46,986 bases of DNA from Paraspadella gotoi (lineage: Eukaryota; Animalia; Chaetognatha): contig CM119267.1 of assembly GCA_051294375.1 (NCBI GenBank), positions 2,752,447 through 2,799,432 on the forward strand, in the 5' to 3' direction. Positions within the stretch are counted from its first letter, which is position 1; each line of letters opens with the position of its first letter. Positions 10,386 through 22,056 of the stretch are shown piece by piece. Made by a program: the position numbers and the translations under genes. Under the pieces are notes generated by a model. That model searched no databases. It was not told the origin of the DNA and worked only from the letters and a program-made list of their open reading frames with translations.

Positions 10386-13351
10386 AAAAAAGAAAGAGAA
10401 TCAAAAGCAGCATATGCAGCAGGAAAAAAGAGAGAAAAAAAATAGAAAGACCCCTGCAAGAGCCCGAAGCAGAGCAGAGAAGACAGCTGCAAGACTCGTT
10501 TTTTCTGCGGAGAAATATTTGAACTAAGATCAGCGGCAAACAACTCGGGAAAAAGAGAGAGAGAGAGAGAGCTACATATATCGTTGGAACGCGGACGACA
10601 AAAAGGACAAAAAGACACAACGAGACAGACGCTTCGCCACTTATGCGCAAAGCGTGGACGAGATTGCGACAGAATAAAAAATGCTGGTATAAAGAGTATA
10701 CCTTCTTACTCACTATTGCTAATTTTTTCTTGCCATCAAAACCGACTCCAATTGGTATTTCTTAAAAAGCAAAGCATTTTTTTAATAAATTCAAAATACA
10801 TATCCAACTTGTTTTTAAAAAACACAAGATAGTAACAACTTTTTTTATCACCTTTTCTTTTTATAAAGTTTACTTTGCACTCGCGCATTTGCGATCAATC
10901 CGGCGATGAATTTATTTACAAACTTCTCGCTACTTGCCGACGTAGAAAAAGTCGGGAAAAATGCAAGAAATACCGAGGAGTAAAAACATTCGTAATGAAA
11001 GTTTTCTTACCTTTTATCCTACAAACGCGAAAATTTTGTACTATTTTTTGGTAACGGAAGATACTAAAACTCGATACTTTCATGAATAAAATTAACACAG
11101 ATGCAATTGTTGATGTTTTATGGCTTTTTCCATATCTGCTTGCATGATTTTTTAGATCAGCTTCTGTCTTATATTTTAATTGCTTATCAAAAGTAGTGTA
11201 TCTTTTTTTAACATCATTAAAAAATATTAACAGTATACTAAATGGTGGGAATTTTGAAAAAGCCATGCTGGGTTTGAGGACAAGGACTGAAAAGAACATG
11301 CAATCAAAGGTTTTGGACCTTATGTCAGGTCAATCCACGTGAAGAAGAGATATTTTTGCAAAAAAAAACCTTTCTGTTTTATATCACTGATGTGGAGTAA
11401 AATTATTTTGAGAAACGAATCTGGTTTTATGTAGAGCAGACCCAAGGTTCAGCGCATGTGGGAGAAAAAAGATTGCATCATTAGCTATAAATCAGTTTTA
11501 ATCAGGGACAATTAAAAAAGACACAAGTCCCTTAAGGGACTTTTTTTAAAGAAGGTTCAGAGATCTGAAAGAAAATCAGTCTTCATTAAAGAAAATGTGT
11601 TTTGAAATCAATTCTGAAGACAAACACGTTTCGAATGCTTGAAAAACTTCAGTTTATAATTGATGATGCAGAAAATTAAAAAAGCTTCACGGAGAAACCA
11701 AAAGATACCTGAATGGCAACAAACAAACATCGATTAAATAATACTATTTAATGATATAGCTCATATAGTTTACTGTAAAATATCCGAGGGTGCTGAATGT
11801 CCTGGTATAAATTTTTTTTTAAATTCCGCTTTTCACTGAATTCGCAATTTCAGGTCAAAAGGATGTTGTCTCCATAAGTACATAGATGCAAATGATGCGA
11901 GGCAGAACACCAACACAGACAAGAAACATCGAGATCGCGCGTGGGACAAAATGACGACGATCAGACTTTTCAGCATGAGAGAGAGAAGAGAGAGAGAGAA
12001 GGAGAGAGAGAGAGGAAGTAAAAGAGAGAAAGAGATAAGGAGAGAGAGGAGAGAAGAGAGAGAGAGAGAGAGAGAGGAACGAAGGAAAGGGGTTGTCGAA
12101 TGGAGACAGAGCGGGAATTTGCGTTTGGCAGATGGCGTTGCGATCCTAGAGCAACGTCGTTGTGTTGAGTTGTGAAAAATGAAGGATGGATATATTAAGT
12201 ACCGTTCTCCCCCGGTCGTTTTCTCCGATATGAGAAGCAGCATTGATGAATTTTTTGAAAGATTCCGATGTCGACAAAAGTCAAACCGTTCGACGGGCTA
12301 CAAGTGAAATTTTATTTATTCCAGTTTTTTTAGGAGATCATATGATATAAGACACTAAGTTTATTCTATTCATCTGTTTCATCTCAAATGCTTTTTTAGA
12401 CGTAGTTTTTGCTCTTTAAATTGCAACTGGGTGCAATTTGATTGTCTACTATGTTATCTTTTTAATGAAAATTGCAAAATTACTTGTTTTCCTATTTTTT
12501 ATTTTTATATTTAATGATATTGATATTAGGTTTTGCTGTTATTTTATATTTTATATAATTTATTATACATTCATATATGTTTTATTAAGATTGTGTTTAG
12601 ATGTGAGTCGAGTATTGTGTTCTGATACGGGGAGCATATATATTTACTATATACACATATCTGTAAAAAATTGGTTAGTGTAAATCTGTCTAAGTTTTCT
12701 GATAGATATATACATGTATTTAAAATTATTATAGAATTAATGAAGTTAAAGAATGACTTATGTTTCATTTAATAAATTCGTGAATTGGGTAATTCTTCTT
12801 TCGTTTTTACGCGCTTCGCATCGCAAACGCAAAGATGGCGCTGGCAGCGACGCCAGAGGCAGCGGCGGTTATCGGCCATCTTGAGAGAAAACGGCGAGAG
12901 GGGAAAGACGAGGAGAGTAGGGTTGAAATTACATACGGGTTTTTAAGGATGAGCCATCGCATCCGGGTTTTAAGGCTGAGAAATTGCATCCGGGTTTCTA
13001 GTGAAGCAGAGGCACGTTCGAGTTTACAGAAAGAAAAGCCGCGCGGCGCTTAGTGCGACACCTAACGGAATAAACAAAAGACAACGCCAGTGACGAATAA
13101 AATACAAGCGAAAAAAAAAAAAAATAAAGAACAAATTAAGGAATAAACAGCGAAGTTGAATTTTTTTTTTAATTCGATGAATTAAACGGAGATGGGGCGA
13201 GTAGAGTAATTAATAATTCGAGAAAACTCTGGCGAGAATTGTTAAAGAGAAAACCGCGCAATGCAAAGGAGTTAGCGACGCCAAAACGAATTAAATCTCA
13301 GTTTTTACCAAAAAAAATTAAATTAAATTATTTAAAAAGAGAAGGGAAATT

Positions 13352-13772
13352 CCAACGTGTTGCGCCGCAGTGACTATCACGTGACTACATAGCTACAAAA
13401 TTTATGTGTAAGAAACGTCCAATGGTTGATCACTAGAGTATGGTCACTTGAGTGTGCCGCATTTACTCAGTAGTTCTGCGTGGTCACGTGACTATATACA
13501 AGTATTATATTTTATTATTATTATTATTATTATTATCATTATTATTATTATTATTATTATTATATTATTATATTTAACAATTTCTTATCAAGCATTAAAA
13601 ATACCTTATCCTCCTAACAAATATGAACTTAATAGACGCAATATTACTAGCATGATAAGCGTTTGATACGTAAGCAGGATGGACCGATGGACATACATAC
13701 TACCTACAGACCGACCGACCAAAAAGGGAGTGACAGAGATGCTTCGCGAGTACTCGCGACGCAACTAAAAAA
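13352..13772 (+). mobile_element. Helentron/HINE (DINE-1-like) non-autonomous rolling-circle element with internal (ATT)n
   Basis: GGAC/GACC tetranucleotide microsatellite (13677-13720), perfect 16-bp palindrome TCGCGAGTACTCGCGA (13744-13759), then ACTAAAAA; left boundary uncertain. Confidence 0.55.
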
Positions 13773-14692
13773 CTAAATCGTTTGAAAGGAAAAAAAATCT
13801 TTGGCACAAACAAAGTTGACGCTTCATTAATCTCGATTTCACAATAGAGGCGCTGCCTCATCTCAGCGACAACAACCAAATAAGAAAAAATGTTTTTCTT
13901 TTTTTTTTTTTGTTTTGTTTTGTTTGTTTTTTGTGTGTTTTTGTGTGTGTGGGTGCTCAAATTAAAGAAACAAAGGGAATCGTTGGACCGACCGCCCGTC
14001 GGGGCCGCTGCCCGGCTGCCCTGTATGTCGCCTATTTGGTCGGGCGGCGTCGGGCGGCTCCGGAACGCGTGTCGTCGGCTGAGTTTGTTTTTGGAAGACC
14101 CTCACCGTTAATNNNNNNNNNNNNNNNNNNNNNNNNNNNNNNNNNNNNNNNNNNNNNNNNNNNNNNNNNNNNNNNNNNNNNNNNNNNNNNNNNNNNNNNN
14201 NNNNNNNNNNNNNNNNNNNNNNNNNNNNNNNNNNNNNNNNNNNNNNNNNNNNNNNNNNNNNNNNNNNNNNNNNNNNNNNNNNNNNNNNNNNNNNNNNNNN
14301 NNNNNNNNNNNNNNNNNNNNNNNNNNNNNNNNNNNNNNNNNNNNNNNNNNNNNNNNNNNNNNNNNNNNNNNNNNNNNNNNNNNNNNNNNNNNNNNNNNNN
14401 NNNNNNNNNNNNNNNNNNNNNNNNNNNNNNNNNNNNNNNNNNNNNNNNNNNNNNNNNNNNNNNNNNNNNNNNNNNNNNNNNNNNNNNNNNNNNNNNNNNN
14501 NNNNNNNNNNNNNNNNNNNNNNNNNNNNNNNNNNNNNNNNNNNNNNNNNNNNNNNNNNNNNNNNNNNNNNNNNNNNNNNNNNNNNNNNNNTCTCTCTCTC
14601 TCTCGCTCTCTCTCTCTCCCTATCTCTCTCTCCATCTCGCTCAGTTATGATTCGCCGTCCCGGATTTCCATTTTGGGGTTAAGCACCTAAGA

Positions 14693-14706
14693 GTTGTCAT
14701 GGGAAC
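14693..14706 (+). promoter_or_regulatory. RFX X-box motif GTTGTCATGGGAAC
   Basis: Matches GTHNYY-AT-RRNAAC; function untested. Confidence 0.4.
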
Positions 14707-14741
14707 CACGCCTCATCTTCCTCCTCTTTCTCCTCCTCCTC

Positions 14742-14755
14742 GTCGCCAAGGCAAC
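14742..14755 (+). promoter_or_regulatory. RFX X-box motif GTCGCCAAGGCAAC
   Basis: Matches GTNRCC-N(0-3)-RGYAAC; 35 bp from the previous box. Confidence 0.45.
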
Positions 14756-15042
14756 GGAAATCTGAGAATGAGATCCTCCGTCTTTTGTGCCATCCAGCGA
14801 ATCCGTCGCTCATCTTGCGCAACTGGCGCCGCTAAAGGTCTTTTGACGCTGGTCCCCCATTTTGTGCCAAAAAGAGAAAAAGAGCTAATAGTTTTAAACA
14901 ATTCACTAAATTAAATATCAGTCGACAAATAAGCCCTCATTACTTAGGTACTCTAAAAACTATCAAAAATGTAATATTAAAAACCCTAAACTAGAACAGT
15001 TAACAGTTAACAGGAAAATAAAGTTTGCGGCGCAGAAGGTGA

Positions 15043-15198
15043 CGCTTAAGGGGAGACCAAAGAGGTGCATTTAGGGGAGTCCTAGGTGGCGCATTAAGGG
15101 GAGATCTAGGCGGCGCGTTAAAGGGAGACCTAGATGGCGCATTAAAGGAAGACCTACGTAGCGCATTAAGGGGAGACCTTGGTGGCGCATTTAGGGGA
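15043..15198 (+). repeat. 24-bp minisatellite (GCATTAAGGGGAGACCTAGGTGGC) x6.5
   Basis: Constant 24-bp period, substitutions only. Confidence 0.92.
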
Positions 15199-15998
15199 TG
15201 AGGAGAAAAGGGAAAAAAAGGCAAAAAAAAAAGAACAAAATCAAAAATCTCAGTAAATTTTTCCCCCGAGTCGAGATGGAAAAAAATAAAGGCTGTGACC
15301 TTTTCCCGGTTTCCGTGGCGGAGTGAGCGCCGAGGGACCCATTTTGAGCGCTGCCAAGGGGCGAGGCTGAGGGGAAGAGGGTTGAAAGATAAAGCAGACG
15401 GGGTGGGGGGGGGGTCGAGGTTGGATGAAGGAAAGACGAGGAATTGTCTCTCTTTATTTAATGATAAATGAGTTTTTCTCTGGTCAATTTTGTGAGATAG
15501 AAGTTGGAGAGATGTTGCGCCAATTCAGATGATGTTGGGATTAACTTCGATCCAGTCATAACCCCAGCAATCAATTAGGAGCAATCAATTAAAAGCCATG
15601 CTATTAGTTAAATATGATAAAATATAATAATTGATTATTTTTAACGACTGGGAATTCGTAAGTTCTTTGAAATTGAAGACCATTTAGCAACGAAATGCAG
15701 TAAACTTTGGTCATATCTGAGGCTCTTGGCACTATTTTTCAATGTGGTTAAAATTTGGTTTTCCAGTATGGAGAACATTTTTTTACAATGAATAGAGGTT
15801 TTTTTGTGTGGTTTTGATGTATAAGGATTTTCCTCTTCAGAAAGTATATCGCGTAAATACGTTAAAAGTTATGGTAATAGCCATGACAATTCTATCAGTT
15901 ACAGTTTACTTTCAAAGAGAAAGCAAAGAAAATTATTTTACAAAACGACAAAACATTCCAGTTATATGGAAATAAGATAAGTCTAAAAGGCGGCTTCT

Positions 15999-16012
15999 GT
16001 CTCTATGGCAAC
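15999..16012 (+). promoter_or_regulatory. RFX X-box motif GTCTCTATGGCAAC
   Basis: Matches GTHNYY-AT-RRNAAC at the edge of a GC-rich island. Confidence 0.35.
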
Positions 16013-16611
16013 AGCCCCACTAAACCTCCTCCCTTCGCCGCCACCGGCGCCACAATCGAACGACAGATCTCGCGTCTGTCGCATCGCGAGCGGCGGTGGC
16101 GGCGGTGGCGGCGGAGGCGGCAGAGGCGGCGGGGGCGGCATTTCGTTCGGCTCCGAGCGGAGATACATCACTTGCCAAACGATGCGTTCTCGGTTGACGT
16201 CGTCGTCGTCGTCGTCGTTAACTCTCTCTCTATCTCAGAAAAAAAAATTTACAATTTAATTATAATATTTAAAAAGATCTTGCATTTCGAGACGCTGATC
16301 GTAGTTAATTTCATTACATTTAATGCATTCTTTATATATAAAACTCCCCAAAAAAAGAAAAGTCTAAAGCGAGGATTTTCCAACTCCGCAGTTGAGCCCT
16401 TGACAAGCAGCTTGACTGGGATTGAAAGCAGAAAGCGGAAGGAAAATCGCTGGGGAGAGATAAAGGACACGAAGTTTCGCTTCTTCGCCGCGAGGAAGAA
16501 AAATGCCAAAACAAAACCAAAACAAAACATAGGGTCTTATTTAAAAGCAGCTCCGAATCGCCGCAAGAAAAAGTTTTGTGAGATTTTAAAATCGGTGAAG
16601 GAGGCAAACGC

Positions 16612-16985
16612 TTCACCTACGATACTCTAAACTTCACTTAGAATGCGCTGAACCTTTCAGACGATACCCTAAACCTTACCGACGAAGAACTCAATCATAA
16701 ACAATGCCCTAAACGTCACTGACAATGCTCTAAACTCCTATTAAAATGCTTCAAACCTCACCTACAATGACTTAAACCACACCAATGATGCCTTGCAACC
16801 CACTGAAAATGGCCTAACCATGAAAATGCCCTAAACCTTATCAACAATTGCCTAACCCTCACCAATGATACCTTAAAACTCGCGGACAATGCCCTAAACC
16901 TCTCTTAAAATTCCCTAAACTTTGCCCGCAATGCCCTAAAGCTCAATAACGATGCCCGAAACCGCACCGACGATGCCCTTGACCC
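16612..16985 (+). repeat. 21-bp degenerate minisatellite (AATGCCCTAAACCTCACCGAC), ~17 copies
   Basis: aatgccctaaac-like cores recur at ~21-bp spacing. Confidence 0.88.
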
Positions 16986-17072
16986 AATGCAGTATTAACA
17001 AAGCGAAAACCTCGTCAAAGAAACCGACGCTTCCAAAGCGATTTTAGTTTCGACTTTCGCAACCGGAAAACA

Positions 17073-17764
17073 TCGTTTCGCGTCAAAAGTCATAACAAAT
17101 ATTTCATTCGAAAATTTTCGTAGACAAAAGTATTTAAACTGACGAGAGACGAGGCTTGTCACTCTATTTTGGTGAAAGAGAGTTTTGTGACTAAGGTCAT
17201 CGGAATTGACTGAGTCATTCGAGTGCACAAAGTTTTTTTTTTTTAATTAGACTGGAGAAAAAAATGGTATTGTTTGGAATTTCATGTTACGTTTTTGGCC
17301 TAACGTGTATTAGTAATGTGAAAATTTTTTTTGGTGATTTTAGATAATATTCATTGGATATAAGTTATATCTATTTTCAGATTTTGATTTAAATTAGATA
17401 GCAGGTGTCCAATTACAATATCTTGTAAAAACATTAAAGGTAAATCAATAATAATCATATAATTAATCTAATCAATATAATTCAAATTTTTAAATATAAA
17501 GATTGCTTTAAATAACTAATTTTATTTCTTAGTATGATCGTTGTAATAATTTCAAGAATTAAAAACTATTTTTTATTTAACGTACTTTAAATATGATTTT
17601 GATTGGGGAGTGTGTGGAGGCAGGCGGGGCAGGGGGCGCGGTGCGGCCGGGGAAAATGTGACGTAATGAGAGAGTTTCGATGAAAATCTTTGCCATCTGT
17701 CCTGTGAGGGATAATAAGTTTGCAAGTGTGTGTTTGTGGTAGTGATGTGAGAGAGGAGAGAGAG

Positions 17765-17831
<67 letters not shown>

Positions 17832-18978
17832 TCCGCTGTAGAAATGAGTTCAAAAAAAACAAAAGATTTTATGGCTAAAATAATAAAAGTTCTGACNNNN
17901 NNNNNNNNNNNNNNNNNNNNNAAGATTATAGATAATTAAAATTAATTAGAAGGATGAAAACTTTGAAGAGATATAATAATGGAAGGATAGATAATTAAGA
18001 AGAAAAATCAAATTAATAAATGATAAAAGTATGAAATGGATTAGAATTTATTAAAATAGGATTAAGACTTAATAAATGATTAAAAAAAAATGATGTTGAA
18101 CGAAAATCGGACTAAGCTGAAAATGCATAAATTAAAATTGTTAAATTAATGTAAAATTAAAATCAGACGAAATTGAATATAAATTAATTAAATATTTGAG
18201 AATGAATAAGATAAATAAAGATGGCAAGAAAGACGATGTTGAAGCAGTATTACAAAGAGAAGACTAGGTAAGAAAAGAAGTTAAAGGATCTTTAGTATTG
18301 GACTTTAGGAGGAACTCGTTTGGAAAAGTCATAACAATATTTTTCGAAAATTTTGTAGACAAAAGTATTTAAACTGACGAGAAGAGAGGTTAGTCATTAT
18401 TTTGGTGAAGGGATGTTTTGTGGAATAAGGTATCGGATGTGAGAGTCATTCGAGTAGCACAAGTTTTTTTTTTTCAGAACTGGAAGAAAAAATATATTGT
18501 TGGAATTCTACGATGTTCGTTTTTGGCACTAAGTAGTATTAGTAAGTTGAAATTTTTTTTGGTGATTTTAGTATATTCATTGGGGATATAAGTATATCTA
18601 TATTTTCAAGATTTTACGATTTAAATTAGTAGCAGGTGTCAATTACAATATCTTCGTAAAACAATTAAAGGTAACATCAAATAATAATCTAATAATTAAT
18701 TAATAATATTAATTTAAAATTTTTAAAATAGATTGCCTTAATATAAATAATTTTATGTTTTAGTATGATCGTCTGACTAATAATTTAAGAATTAAAACTA
18801 TTTTTATTTAACGTACTTTAATACTGATTTTTGATTGGGGAGTGTGTGGAGGACGGCGGGGAGGACGTGGCGGCGGTGGCGGCGGCGGAAAATGTGACGT
18901 ATCGGAGTTTTCGATAAAATCTTTGACTTGTCTCGTAGGGATAATACAGTTTGAACGTGTGTGTTTGTGTGAGTGATG

Positions 18979-19035
<57 letters not shown>

Positions 19036-19120
19036 AGGAGAGAGAGGAGGAGAGAGAGAGGGGTACCGCCGAGAATGATTTCAAAAAAAACAAAAGATTT
19101 TATGAGTAAATAATAAAATT
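17073..19120 (+). other. Apparent duplication (17073-17890 vs 18317-19120) across a 25-N gap; probable assembly artefact
   Basis: Collinear copies differing mostly by 1-2-bp indels. Confidence 0.8.
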
Positions 19121-19151
19121 TATTGAAAGGAAGGATAAGTTGTTGATGGTA

Positions 19152-19280
19152 TGATGATGATGATGATGATGATGATGTGTGTTAAGTCTGATATGATGAT
19201 GATGATGATGATAGATGATGATGATAGATGATGATATGCTGATTTATGAGATGTGATGATATATAGATGATGATGATTAT
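19152..19280. repeat. (GAT)n microsatellite, degenerate
   Basis: Directly visible. Confidence 0.9.
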
Positions 19281-19944
19281 GTAAGAAGATTTTGATAATG
19301 TTTTATAAATTATAAGATAAATTTTTTAACAAGAAAAAATTTTTATTTAAAAATAAAAAGGAATTCGATAATTATGAAAGAATCGAAGAAAGAAAGGAGG
19401 GATTTTTTACTTTATTAAATATAATATCTTTATAATTATTAATATATTCTTATTGTGTGGGATTATTAATTATAATTATGAATTTTAGGACGGAAGCTTG
19501 TTTTGTGAGTTTTCGAATATGACGGGATGGAATTTTTTGAAATGTAAACGGGGAGCAGGAAGGCAGGAACCCCGCCGACTTAGATGACAAGAAAAACAAA
19601 AAAGATGGAGGGTTTGGGTGCCGGCGATTCGAGGCGCCGGCGCGGCGTTGTTTACTTTGTTATGGCATCATAGGCGGTCAGTTTCCTTAGAGTAAACAAC
19701 ATGAAATTAAGACGAGAGATAAAGCAGAGGGGAGGGCTGCGGCGGCGGGAAAAAAAGAAAACAAAACAAACAAAACGACAAAACAAAATCTTTTTTTTAA
19801 AGAAAACTGTCGATCTATTTTTGGTTCATAGATTTTTAAATAAAAAAATATAAAAGATAAAAAAGAAAACTGAAAGCGCAATAGGTAACTGTGATTTTTT
19901 TAAAATCAATAGCTCTATCTTTTATGATTTTATCACTAACTTAT

Positions 19945-20358
19945 GTCAGAATTTGAATTTAGTCAGGATTTACGATAAAATTGGATTAAAGACGTTATTT
20001 GTTTCTAGATTTGAATTTGTTCAAGATTTAAGTCAAGATTAAAATCTTAATTTGAGTCGAGAATCAAGTCAAGATTCGAGTCAAGAAAGAAGTTAGTTCC
20101 AATGTTTATTTCAAGATTAGAATCAATATTAAAGTCAAGATTTGACTCAAGATTTAAATAAAGATTTACGTCAATATTAGAGCCAAAGTTTATGTCAAGA
20201 TTTGAGTCAAGATTTAAGTCAAGAATTGAGACAAATTCATGTCAAGAGGTAGTATGGATTTTCGTCAAAATTTGAGTCAAGATTCAAGTCAAAAAAACAT
20301 TTGAGTCAATATTTAAGTCAAGGTCTCAGTCAAGATTTAATCAGGATTTAAGTCAAGA
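19945..20358 (+). repeat. 12-bp minisatellite (GATTTRAGTCAA), ~30 copies
   Basis: gtcaagattt-like cores recur every 12 bp. Confidence 0.9.
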
Positions 20359-20385
20359 TGGGAGGGCAGATTGCGCTGCCGGTCA

Positions 20386-20456
20386 CCGCCCGTCGAAGCC
20401 GCCCGTCGAAGCCGCCCATCGACGCCGACGGTCGACGCCGCCCGACGACGCCGCCA
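20386..20456 (+). repeat. 13-bp GC-rich tandem repeat (CCGCCCGTCGAAG) ~5 copies
   Basis: Two perfect and about three degenerate copies. Confidence 0.75.
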
Positions 20457-20598
20457 GAAGCCACCCGTCAACTTGGCCCTTGTCTTCGAAGCCGAGAAAA
20501 GCGACGGGAATCGAGAGGCAGAGACGAGAAAAGACAAACGAGGATTCGAGATGATTTTTCTTTCCTCGAAACGAGGTCTCTATCTCTTTCCTCTGAAG

Positions 20599-20680
20599 CA
20601 TCATCATCATCATCGTCGTCATCATCATCATCATTATCATCTTCATCATCATCGTCGTCGTCATCATCATCATCATCATC
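20599..20680. repeat. (CAT)n/(CGT)n compound microsatellite
   Basis: Directly visible; source of poly-D/H/M/S ORFs. Confidence 0.95.
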
Positions 20681-20943
20681 CCCGCACGAAATCGTCTCTT
20701 CCGAAATCATAAAACATCAAAAATCATTTCCTTTCAATTTTTTTCTTCTTTCCGGTTTTTTTTTTATCAGATTTTCAGTCGAAGTTTTTTATTTTTTTAT
20801 TAATATCGAAAGTCATTTTAGCCATGAATAAAGTTGTTAATGCACAATTTGATTGGAACGTTTTATTATTTTTGAGAAAAAGCGAACGAATCTGTCTTTG
20901 GTGAAATTTCCTTTTAATTAGCGAAGAGACAAACGCCTTTTCT

Positions 20944-21188
20944 GTCGTCGTGCTCGTCGTCGTCTCGTCGGCGTCGGTCGTCCAGTCGTCGGTCGCTCTT
21001 TCGTCTTAGTCGTCGTCGTCGTCGTTCAGTCGCGTCTAGTGCGTCCGTCGTCGTCGTCGTCAGTCGTGTCAGTCCGTCAGTCGTCGTCGTCGTCGTCGTC
21101 AGTCGTCGTCGTCGTCGTCAGTCGTCGTCGTCGCCGCGCGTCGTCGTCGTCAGTCGTCGTCATGTAGTGCGTAGTCGTCGTCGTCGTC
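20944..21188. repeat. Degenerate (GTC)n tract with CA interruptions
   Basis: Directly visible. Confidence 0.92.
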
Positions 21189-21841
21189 GGGTCATCGGTC
21201 GGTCTGGAAAATTCAGTTTTCGTGTTCTGAGACCAAAAAAAAAAAAAACATTTTCTGCGGCGTTTGCTGCGTCATACTTTAACGCCATTATTCTCCGCCA
21301 TATCTTTTGCGCGTCAATTTATGATCCCGAGGGAAAGAGGGAGAATAAACATTCTGTCCTCGTCGCCGATTACACGACCAAATTGAGTTGTGATTGGTGC
21401 GGTAAGGGGGTAATGGGGTGATTGGACTGTGGTGGTGTCGGTGGTGACAGGGGGCGGGTGGGGAGACGGAAAGAGGGGTGGGGGGTGAAGATCCGATGAG
21501 GTTTTTTTTTTTATTTCCCTTTACTACTTGACTTCAACTTAGCTAAACTTAATGTAAAATCTTTCATTTCGTTGGGTTAAAATTTAAAGGAGTTTGTAAT
21601 AAACTTTGCCGTTGTACAAACCAAAACGAATTTCTCTTTCACACTTGGCTATTATAATTTTGTTTATATCTTTTATTCTCTTTACACGAGAGAAAAGTTC
21701 ACTGCTCGAAAGTTCATTGTTCTACTCGATTCATTTTCCTCTGATCATCTTGTTACAACTCAACAGCTTCAAACAACAAAAACATCGAAATACATCGAGA
21801 AAAAGAAAATCAAAAATTAAAGAATAACCTCGTTACATTAT

Positions 21842-22056
21842 GGTACAATTGTACACGTACCTTAATCCTACTTCCCTAACACTTCCATAGCCTATGTCCC
21901 TGTTGAACTAAATTCCCTTCGCACGAGTTAGATTAAGGTTAGATTATGGATAGATTAAGGTTAGATTAAGGTACAATTGTACACGTACCTTAATCCTACT
22001 TCCCTAACACTTCCATAGCCTAAGTCCCTGTTGAACTCATTTCCCTTCGCACGAGT
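21842..22056 (+). repeat. 87-bp direct repeat (21842-21928, 21970-22056) separated by ~4 x TTAGATTAAGG
   Basis: Copies differ by 3 substitutions and no indels. Confidence 0.92.

Noticed and set aside
16612-16985. Interstitial telomeric (CCCTAAA) repeat
   Set aside because: CCCTAAA occurs once per 21-bp unit, never in tandem
20358-20831. Poly-S/H/D/M ORFs
   Set aside because: Translations of the (CAT)n/(CGT)n tract
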